Made by a program: the position numbers and the translations under genes. A stretch of 64,000 bases of DNA from Candidatus Magasanikiibacteriota bacterium (GTDB taxonomy: Bacteria > Patescibacteriota > Patescibacteriia > Magasanikbacterales > UBA922). The DNA lies in the NCBI GenBank assembly GCA_052033375.1, contig JBPOJQ010000008.1, positions 1,185 to 65,184 of the forward strand, written 5' to 3'. Within the stretch, counting starts at the first letter, position 1. Every line of letters begins with the position of its first letter. Positions 55,458 through 64,000 of this stretch are shown here, piece by piece. The notes below the pieces were generated by a model that saw only the letters and a program-made list of their open reading frames with translations, was not told where the DNA came from and searched no databases.

Positions 55458-56249
55458 ATGGCTGAAATTCACATTCCAGGATTAGCACCAGAAGTATTGT
55501 TCCATATGGGACCGGTTCCGGTTACCAATACTATTGTGAATGTGTGGATTGCACTTATCATTTTTCTTGTCATGGGAATTGCGATCAAGCGAAAAATTTC
55601 CATGCGACCAGGGAAATTCCAAAATGGGTTTGAATATATTCTAGAGCTCTTACTTCCATACTTCGACCAAGTCACGGGAGATCGAAAAAAGACTATTCGC
55701 TTTTTGCCTATAGTCGGAACGATCTTCTTTTTTATTTTACTTTCAAACTGGCTTGGGCTGTTGCCTGGAACGGGGAGTATTAGCGTCGGACACAACATGT
55801 TACTTCGTCCCGCAAATACTGATTTGAATTTGACGGTGGTCATGGCGCTCGTGTCAGTCATTGCATCACATGTGTTTGCGTTTATGAGTATTGGAGTATT
55901 TACTCACTTGGGAAAGTTTGTGCAATTCGGAAATGTAATTCGAAGTATCAAAAAAGGGCCAATGGCAATATTCTCAGCACTGATCGAATTTGCGGTTGGT
56001 TTGCTTGAGATTGTGAGTGAAATGGCAAAAATTCTTTCACTCTCGCTTCGTTTATTTGGAAATATTTTTGCCGGAGAAGTGTTGATCTCGGTTATGAGTG
56101 CACTTGTTGCAGCTCTCGTCCCAACCCCCTTTATGTTACTTGAATTGTTGGTCGGATTAATCCAGGCGAGTGTGTTTGCAATGCTTACATTGGTGTATAT
56201 GACTGTTGCAAGTTCAGCTCCACACGGCGCTGATGAAGCACATCATTAG
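55458..56249 (+). CDS. atpB: F0F1 ATP synthase subunit a
   Basis: LSLSLRLFGNIFAGEVL with essential Arg; 5-6 TM helices. Confidence 0.9.
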   Translation: MAEIHIPGLAPEVLFHMGPVPVTNTIVNVWIALIIFLVMGIAIKRKISMRPGKFQNGFEYILELLLPYFDQVTGDRKKTIRFLPIVGTIFFFILLSNWLGLLPGTGSISVGHNMLLRPANTDLNLTVVMALVSVIASHVFAFMSIGVFTHLGKFVQFGNVIRSIKKGPMAIFSALIEFAVGLLEIVSEMAKILSLSLRLFGNIFAGEVLISVMSALVAALVPTPFMLLELLVGLIQASVFAMLTLVYMTVASSAPHGADEAHH

Positions 56250-56297
56250 AGAATACGTTTCATAGAAGAATACTTCTTCTATGATATTATTCTTTAA

Positions 56298-56606
<309 letters not shown>

Positions 56607-56666
56607 ATTTATCACAGTATCCTAACGAAAGTTGGGGTACTGCATGAATTAATTTCAAAAAGATAT

Positions 56667-57296
56667 ATGTACTTAGTATACAACGGGGAAGGACAAACGT
56701 ATGAAACAACTCAGGCAGATCTTGCTGAGGTTCAGGTTGCGGGAGTAAATACAGAAACGGAGACTACGGCTGAAGTTGGGCATGAGACGACCGCCTCAGA
56801 TGAGGGGTTGCTCGCTGGTCTCGGTATCAATGGCCCACTATTTTTATTCCAATTGCTCAATTTTGCATTAGTAGCGGTAATTGTATGGTTTTTGATTTTG
56901 AAACCATTGACCAAAAAAATGGAAGAGCGAAAAAATATTATTGATGAAAGTCTCGACCGTGCAAAAGAAGTTGAAACCAATTTGAAGATGAGCGAAGTGC
57001 GATTTCAAGAAAAATTGGAAGAAGCAAAAAAAGAAGCTAATGCAATTATTGCAGGGGCACAGGAAGAGGCTACTCGAGTACAGGAGACCATGAAGCAAAA
57101 AACAAAAGATGACGTGGAGGCACTCGTATTAGCTGCAAAGAAAAACATTGAAGTCGAAAAAACAGAAATGCAGGCAAGTCTCAGAAAAGAAACCGTAGAG
57201 ATTGTGGTTGCTGCTATGGAAAAAGTATTAGGTGAAAAAATGGATGACAAAAAAGACAAGAAGTTTGTAGAGGAAATTTTGAAAACAATCAAATAA
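56667..57296 (+). CDS. atpF: F0F1 ATP synthase subunit b (with ~55-aa acidic N-terminal extension if ATG 56667 is used)
   Basis: TM (LFLFQLLNFALVAVIVWFLILKPL) then long charged coiled-coil; an internal TTG/GTG near 56800 would give a canonical b. Confidence 0.75.
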   Translation: MYLVYNGEGQTYETTQADLAEVQVAGVNTETETTAEVGHETTASDEGLLAGLGINGPLFLFQLLNFALVAVIVWFLILKPLTKKMEERKNIIDESLDRAKEVETNLKMSEVRFQEKLEEAKKEANAIIAGAQEEATRVQETMKQKTKDDVEALVLAAKKNIEVEKTEMQASLRKETVEIVVAAMEKVLGEKMDDKKDKKFVEEILKTIK

Positions 57297-57298
57297 AT

Positions 57299-57682
57299 AT
57301 GGCAAAATTGCTTACGAGACAATACGGAAAAATTTTATTTGAAAGCACCAAAGGGCTGAAAGGAGCTGAGCTTGATGGTGTGATTAAAAATTTCCTTTTA
57401 TTTCTACAAAGTAAGCAAATGCTTGGGAAAGCGGATCGCATCATGAAAGAGTATGAAACATATGCGAAACAAGCTGAAGGTATACAGATGATCGAGATAA
57501 TGAGTGCGAGAGAATTATCAGAGAGTTCAATAAAACAAATTAGTAAACATTTTGGAGAAAAAGTAGAAGCATCGGTGACGATTGACCCGACACTCCTCGG
57601 AGGAATCATGGTGAAGACTGAGAATGAGATTTTCGATGGAAGTATCAAAGGACAATTGGAGAAACTTAAAACTCAACTATAA
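57299..57682 (+). CDS. atpH: F0F1 ATP synthase subunit delta (short form)
   Basis: C-terminal OSCP/delta domain (IDPTLLGGIMVKTENEIFDGSIKGQLEKL); 127 aa, N-terminal domain shortened. Confidence 0.7.
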   Translation: MAKLLTRQYGKILFESTKGLKGAELDGVIKNFLLFLQSKQMLGKADRIMKEYETYAKQAEGIQMIEIMSARELSESSIKQISKHFGEKVEASVTIDPTLLGGIMVKTENEIFDGSIKGQLEKLKTQL

Positions 57683-57690
57683 CTTAGCAC

Positions 57691-57755
57691 GTCATTCCCG
57701 CGAAAGCGGGAATCCAGAGATACAAATACTGGGTTCCTGTTTCCACAGGAATGAC
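57691..57755. repeat. Nested palindromic element, copy 2, between atpH and atpA
   Basis: Outer GTCATTCC/GGAATGAC enclosing ATTCCCGC-GAAA-GCGGGAAT and CCTGT-TTCC-ACAGG; shares outer octamer and GGAATCC with copy 1. Confidence 0.6.
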
Positions 57756-57780
57756 ACAAAGAGATTAATTAATAAAAAAT

Positions 57781-59271
57781 ATGGCATACACCGATCAAGT
57801 GATTGCATCACTTAAGAAAAATATCGAATCGTTCAAAAAAGAAGTCCAGGTCGAAGAAGTTGGTACTGTTATTGAAATTGGAGATGGAATCGCGCGCATG
57901 AGTGGGCTTGAGAAATGTCAGGCTCAGGAAATGTTGGAATTCCCTGGAAATACGTTTGGTATTGCATTGAACTTGCAGGAAGAGACTGTCGGTGCAGTAA
58001 TTTTGGGTTCATACCAGCATATCAAAGAAGGTGACACCGTAAAAAGAACAGGACGTATCATGTCTGTTCCGGTTGCTGACGCACTCATTGGTCGCGTAGT
58101 AAATGCGATTGGTGAACCTATTGATGGAAAGGGCGCGATTAATACCAAAACATTCTATCCAGTAGAGCGAATTGCGCCAGGTGTGATGACCCGCGAACCA
58201 GTCAGTCGCCCGATGCAGACTGGTATCAAAGCGATTGATGCACTCATCCCGGTAGGACGTGGACAGCGTGAACTCATCATCGGTGATCGCCAAACGGGAA
58301 AAACCGCAATTGCGATTGATACGATTCTCAATCAGAAAGGTCAGGATATTATTTGTATCTATGTTGCTGTTGGACAAAAAGAATCAAAAGTTGCCCGAAT
58401 TGTATCAAAATTGAAAGAAGCGGGGGCAATGGATTATACAATTGTAGTCTCTGCTGGTGCATCTGAACCTGCTCCGATGTCATATCTTGCTCCATATGCA
58501 GGGGTTGCGATTGGAGAATATTTCATGGACAAAGGAAAAGATGTGTTGATTATCTATGATGATTTGACCAAACAAGCATGGGCATATCGTGAAATGTCAC
58601 TCTTGCTCCGACGCCCACCAGGACGTGAAGCATATCCTGGAGACGTATTTTATCTTCACTCACGTCTGCTTGAACGCGCCTGCAGTCTGAATAAAGAAAA
58701 TGGCGGTGGATCGATTACTGCATTGCCAATTATCGAAACTCAGGCAGGGGACATCTCAGCATACGTTCCAACCAATGTAATTTCGATTACTGATGGACAG
58801 ATCTTCCTTGAGACTGATCTCTTCTTCCGTGGTATCCGCCCAGCTCTGAACGTAGGTTTGTCAGTATCTCGTGTAGGAGGATCTGCTCAAATCAAGCCAA
58901 TGAAGAAAGTTGCCGGAAGTTTGAAGCTTGGACTTGCACAGTTCCGAGAACTTGAAGCATTTGCACAATTCGCAAGTGATCTTGATCCAGAAACCAAAAA
59001 ATCCATCGAACGCGGTCGCCGAATGACTGAGCTCTTGAAGCAACCTCAGTATGTACCAGAAGCAGTCGAAGATCAGGTTGTGTCAATTTACGCCATGTCA
59101 CAGGGGTTATTCGATACTGTAGAAGTTGCACAGGTGAAAGATACAGAAAAGAAATTCCTCGAATTCATGCGAGCGTCAAAATCAGCGCTTCTTGGAAAAA
59201 TCAAGAAAGGTGAGTGGAATGAGGATGTAGAAAAAGAATTGAAAGAAGCTATTAAGGAATTTGCAAAATAA
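57781..59271 (+). CDS. atpA: F0F1 ATP synthase subunit alpha
   Basis: Walker A GDRQTGKT, Walker [10 protein letters not shown], full alpha-subunit collinearity. Confidence 0.95.
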   Translation: MAYTDQVIASLKKNIESFKKEVQVEEVGTVIEIGDGIARMSGLEKCQAQEMLEFPGNTFGIALNLQEETVGAVILGSYQHIKEGDTVKRTGRIMSVPVADALIGRVVNAIGEPIDGKGAINTKTFYPVERIAPGVMTREPVSRPMQTGIKAIDALIPVGRGQRELIIGDRQTGKTAIAIDTILNQKGQDIICIYVAVGQKESKVARIVSKLKEAGAMDYTIVVSAGASEPAPMSYLAPYAGVAIGEYFMDKGKDVLIIYDDLTKQAWAYREMSLLLRRPPGREAYPGDVFYLHSRLLERACSLNKENGGGSITALPIIETQAGDISAYVPTNVISITDGQIFLETDLFFRGIRPALNVGLSVSRVGGSAQIKPMKKVAGSLKLGLAQFRELEAFAQFASDLDPETKKSIERGRRMTELLKQPQYVPEAVEDQVVSIYAMSQGLFDTVEVAQVKDTEKKFLEFMRASKSALLGKIKKGEWNEDVEKELKEAIKEFAK

Positions 59272-59276
59272 TATTG

Positions 59277-59300
59277 TATGGCAGTCAGTGGAAAAGCAAT
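59277..59300 (+). repeat. 24-bp perfect direct repeat (copy 1; copy 2 at 60367-60390) flanking the inserted gene
   Basis: TATGGCAGTCAGTGGAAAAGCAAT at both positions; includes ATG and first 7-8 codons of atpG. Confidence 0.85.
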
Positions 59301-60363
59301 GGAACAAAGTATGAATACAGAAAAAAATAAAGATATAGAGTTTTTTTCTGTATCGCGTACTCGGCTTGCTATTTTGTCCATACTCACGTTTCGTTTGTAT
59401 GAGGCATATTGGTTTTATAGAAATTGGAAGGCAATCAAAGATGTTGAACAGTCAGAAATTTCACCAATAGGAAGGGCTATCTTTGGGATATTTTACTGCA
59501 GTAATCTAGCTAAGAAAGTTCTAGAATCAGCACAGTTACATGGATATGCAAAGTCGTATATACCCAAAAATGTAGCAATAATTTACTTCCTTCTTTTCAT
59601 TTTGAGTAGCCTCCTTTTCAAAGGTATTTTTATGGCTTTGATTCCTACATTTATACCTCTATTCTCGATACAGAGGGCAATTGAATATAATAATTCGAAA
59701 ATTGTACCAAGTAATAATCAGAAAAAAAAGTTTGCCAAAGGAGAATTAATTATAATTATTGTGGGGGTAGCCCTATTTTGTTTAGGAATTTTTGAGACTT
59801 ATACGCTACTAAAAGAAAGTTACCGAACTTATTTCCCACAAACAGTAGAGCAAAAGAATGTAGAATGGAAAGAGTTTGTTTCACCAGAAGGAGACTTCAA
59901 AATGAATTTTCCTGTTGAACCGAATCATGAGTTAGAAAATATACAGGTACCAGGAACTAATTTTACAATTAAAAGAGACTATTATAGCAATGCGATATCC
60001 AATGACGAAAAATTATTAACATTTTATGAGGTCAACATTCTTACTTTGCCTAAACAATTTGCTGATGAATATAATTCCCAAGGCCCAGAAGCAGAGTTCA
60101 AATTACTACAAGTTTTTGTTGATAAACTACTTATTTCAGATGAAAAAGAACCAAAGGCAGAATTAATTTTCTCTACCTCAACTACATTTGGGAAAGTTCA
60201 GGCAGTAGATTTTCTTATTCAGCGTAAAGATGAAACCCTTTTAAAAGGGAGAAGCTTTAGGGTAGAATCAAAGGTGTATAGTTTAATGGTAGATTATGAG
60301 AAGGATAATTATAATGAGACTGAGTACAGTAAATTTATCAATTCATTTACCTTGCTAAAGTAA
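59278..60363 (+). CDS. AT-rich membrane protein gene inserted at the atpG start; first 8 codons identical to atpG
   Basis: MAVSGKAM... begins with the same 24 nt as atpG; ~4 TM helices then ~190-aa soluble C-terminus; markedly lower GC than atp genes. Confidence 0.5.
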   Translation: MAVSGKAMEQSMNTEKNKDIEFFSVSRTRLAILSILTFRLYEAYWFYRNWKAIKDVEQSEISPIGRAIFGIFYCSNLAKKVLESAQLHGYAKSYIPKNVAIIYFLLFILSSLLFKGIFMALIPTFIPLFSIQRAIEYNNSKIVPSNNQKKKFAKGELIIIIVGVALFCLGIFETYTLLKESYRTYFPQTVEQKNVEWKEFVSPEGDFKMNFPVEPNHELENIQVPGTNFTIKRDYYSNAISNDEKLLTFYEVNILTLPKQFADEYNSQGPEAEFKLLQVFVDKLLISDEKEPKAELIFSTSTTFGKVQAVDFLIQRKDETLLKGRSFRVESKVYSLMVDYEKDNYNETEYSKFINSFTLLK

Positions 60364-60367
60364 GAAT

Positions 60368-61297
60368 ATGGCAGTCAGTGGAAAAGCAATAAAACAACGC
60401 ATCAAGTCGGTAAAAAATACCAAAAAAATCACCAAAGCAATGGAGATGGTTTCGGCTGCAAAAATGCGAAAAGCAATCCAAGCGGTGACTGCGACCCGTA
60501 CGTATGCATTACTTGCGCGTGAACTCATGGAAAAATTGAGTATGAACGGTGAGGTAAAAAGTCCGCTGACTGAAGTACGCCCAGTAAAAAAAGTATTAGT
60601 AATATTGTTTAGTTCAAATAGAGGGCTTGCGGGAAGTTTCAATTCAAATATTTTCAAAAAAACTAGAAATCTTCTCACACGCGCAGACGTGTTTGGCAAT
60701 GTGTCAGTCAATGATCTGATGTATGACATTATCGGGGTTGGGAAAAAGAGCGCGTATTTTGCAAAACGATTCAATTATCCGCTCGTTGCGGCATATGATG
60801 CAATTCGTGATAACCCGACCGTAGAAGACATTCTTCCAATTACGAATACCGCGCTTGAGAAATTCAAATCAGGTGAATATGATGCAGTGCTTGTGGCATA
60901 CACTGATTTCAAATCGAGTATCGTGCAAGTTCCAAAAATACGAAAATTGCTCCCCATTACCAAAGAAGATATTGAATCAATGCTCGATGATGTAGGAGAA
61001 GAAAAGACTGAGAAGGAAGTGAGTATAGAAGATACGACGGAATATGAATTTGAACCAGATACGGCAATGATTATGGAAACAGTTCTACCCCGACTATTCG
61101 AAGTCCAGCTCTACCAGACACTTCTGGAATCGAGAGCGAGTGAGCATAGTGCCCGAATGGTCGCGATGAAGAATGCGACGGAAGCAGCGGGGGACATGAT
61201 CGATGCATTAACGGTAGAATTCAATAAAGCACGGCAAGCTGGTATTACGAAAGAAATTGCAGAAATCGCCGGAGGCGCAGCTGCACTGGAAAATTAA
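60368..61297 (+). CDS. atpG: F0F1 ATP synthase subunit gamma
   Basis: MAVSGKAIKQRIKSVKNTKKITKAMEMVSAAKMRKA start and conserved C-terminal helix. Confidence 0.9.
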   Translation: MAVSGKAIKQRIKSVKNTKKITKAMEMVSAAKMRKAIQAVTATRTYALLARELMEKLSMNGEVKSPLTEVRPVKKVLVILFSSNRGLAGSFNSNIFKKTRNLLTRADVFGNVSVNDLMYDIIGVGKKSAYFAKRFNYPLVAAYDAIRDNPTVEDILPITNTALEKFKSGEYDAVLVAYTDFKSSIVQVPKIRKLLPITKEDIESMLDDVGEEKTEKEVSIEDTTEYEFEPDTAMIMETVLPRLFEVQLYQTLLESRASEHSARMVAMKNATEAAGDMIDALTVEFNKARQAGITKEIAEIAGGAAALEN

Positions 61298-61329
61298 TTT
61301 AATCTATAATAAAACCATTCAATTAATAA

Positions 61330-62703
<1,374 letters not shown>

Positions 62704-62784
62704 TCTAAAGTCAAAAAGTCTATAAAGTCGAAAGTGAATACAAATCCGTTTTAATCCGTTTGATCCGTGTTCTATTAGCTAGCT

Positions 62785-63204
62785 ATGATAAATTTCAAAA
62801 TAGTTAAACCCGAGGGCATTGTCTATTCAGACGAGGCTGTAGAAAAAGTAACTATTCCCACAAAGGAAGGATATATTACGGTTTTACCACACCATGTTCC
62901 TCTCATTACCATACTTGATGCAGGGGAATTGATTGTATTCAAAAAAGATCATGAAGTACCGATTGCAGTCTCGGGCGGAGTAGCTGAAGTGCGGAAGGAT
63001 AATACAGTCTATATCTTAGCGGATAGCGCAGAGCGAGCAGAAGAAATCGATCTTGAACGAGCTGAAGCTGGGCGTAAACGAGCAGAAGAATTACTTGCAG
63101 CAGAAGAGAAATCTGCAGACGTCGACTTCGCACGTGTACAAGCTTCGCTTGAAAAAGAAATGAATCGCTTGCGTATTGCGAAGAAGTACAAGCCGACGAG
63201 ATAA
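62785..63204 (+). CDS. atpC: F0F1 ATP synthase subunit epsilon
   Basis: N-terminal beta-sandwich and C-terminal helical hairpin; operon position. Confidence 0.85.
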   Translation: MINFKIVKPEGIVYSDEAVEKVTIPTKEGYITVLPHHVPLITILDAGELIVFKKDHEVPIAVSGGVAEVRKDNTVYILADSAERAEEIDLERAEAGRKRAEELLAAEEKSADVDFARVQASLEKEMNRLRIAKKYKPTR

Positions 63205-63217
63205 AATTATTTTACAA

Positions 63218-63246
63218 AATAAAACTCCCCAATTTGGGGAGTTTTA
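63218..63246 (+). terminator. Rho-independent terminator of the atp operon
   Basis: AAAACTCCCC-AATT-GGGGAGTTTT. Confidence 0.8.
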
Positions 63247-63321
63247 TAATTGACGAGATGTATTTTTTGTGTTGTAATGTCGTCGCCTGAATTTCCAGGT
63301 GATCAGAAGGAGTCTTCGCAC

Positions 63322-63774
63322 ATGTCATCCACTACGCCTAGAAGACCGTGTATCTGCGGACCGTCGGCAAAATTGCCGATCGACCTGCGGGACACGGTAA
63401 ATGAGTTCTACTCGAAGCTCGCGGACATCTGCGAGCAGGTTCTCGGAGCTCGTGCACACATGAAGCACGAGGGTAGACGTACGAACGTGGACGAGAGGGA
63501 ACGCATACTGAAGTATACGTCCCTTCTCGTGGTCGTCGCGATCGCAGAGGACTATGATACCGGGATCTTGGTCGAAATGGCCGACAGATACCTGGTGCCG
63601 GTCGTCATCCTCTGCGAACAGAGCGCGCTGGAGACAAGCCGGATCTCCGAGCGCATCTCGCCTCTGCTGCTGGGAAATCCCGCAGTCAGAGGAGTGATCG
63701 CGTACAAAAGCTTCGACGAAGCTCTCAAGCTCTTCACGGACTGGCTCAAGACGAATCGTTCGGAGATCAGTTAA
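63322..63774 (+). CDS. Hypothetical protein in high-GC islet (F)
   Basis: AAGGAG SD 8 nt before ATG 63322 (MSSTTPRRPCICGP...); GC-rich; GCGAATG-CACTCT-CATTCGC hairpin and AGCAGC..GCTGTTTTT element downstream. Confidence 0.35.
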   Translation: MSSTTPRRPCICGPSAKLPIDLRDTVNEFYSKLADICEQVLGARAHMKHEGRRTNVDERERILKYTSLLVVVAIAEDYDTGILVEMADRYLVPVVILCEQSALETSRISERISPLLLGNPAVRGVIAYKSFDEALKLFTDWLKTNRSEIS

Positions 63775-64000
63775 GAGAGAGCTGGGGGTCATGGAAATCA
63801 GGGGTGTCGCGAATGCACTCTCATTCGCACGCTCCAAAAGCAGCTTTATATAAGGCTGTTTTTGTTTTCATGGTATACTTATATGCATTATGCAACCATC
63901 CGAAGTTACCAATAAACAAGTATTACAATTATTTTGGAAATATTTACGATCGAATAAGGCCGTATTTTTTACGTCAACTGTTTCTGCGCTAGTGTGGAAT

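Overview
This 64-kb window comes from a low-GC bacterial chromosome; the GC contrasts quoted below (about 35-40% host, 55-60% islets) are judged by eye, not computed. The small genome and reduced gene content suggest a Patescibacteria/CPR-like organism, but that is inference only. Standard code 11 appears to hold, because long conserved genes such as atpA, atpD, metG and tkt read through intact.

The core content is housekeeping. Cell division and envelope genes: FtsB-like, a PrsA-like PPIase, ftsE and ftsX, an LCP-family protein, a PBP5-like carboxypeptidase, mscL and a CapA-like protein. Metabolic genes: pyrD, gpsA, a TPP enzyme, an aldehyde dehydrogenase and tkt. Information processing: greA, three ECF sigma factors, def, a priA-like gene, rsmI, metG and tatD. 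A complete F-type ATP synthase operon (atpZ-B-E-F-H-A-G-D-C) closes the window. RNA genes are tRNA-Thr(CGU), tRNA-Gln(UUG), and a minus-strand tRNA-Asn(GUU) interrupted by a ~298-nt insert with group I intron core motifs.

Features that stand out:
1. An accessory island beside tRNA-Gln. It has a consensus sigma70 promoter driving a cGAS/DncV-like nucleotidyltransferase candidate and two small multi-TM proteins (a minimal CBASS-like architecture). Next to it is a C-terminal remnant of a large serine recombinase. A 14-bp tRNA 3'-end duplicate lies nearby.
2. A standalone RloC/PrrC-like ATPase (ABC-type, with a CxxC hook and a C-terminal HEPN Rx4H motif) directly beside the intron-containing tRNA-Asn.
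3. At least seven short high-GC single-gene islets scattered in intergenic spacers. Most carry their own Shine-Dalgarno site and hairpin.
4. A 1.09-kb AT-rich membrane-protein gene inserted exactly at the atpG start, flanked by a perfect 24-bp direct repeat that duplicates atpG's first eight codons.
5. Two copies of a GTCATTCC...GGAATGAC nested-palindrome element, one inside the atp operon.
6. A mosaic locus with a ~120-bp duplicated gene-end plus terminator and a capA 5' fragment.
7. Tandem paralogous secreted proteins.

No CRISPR array, transposase or rRNA gene was seen.
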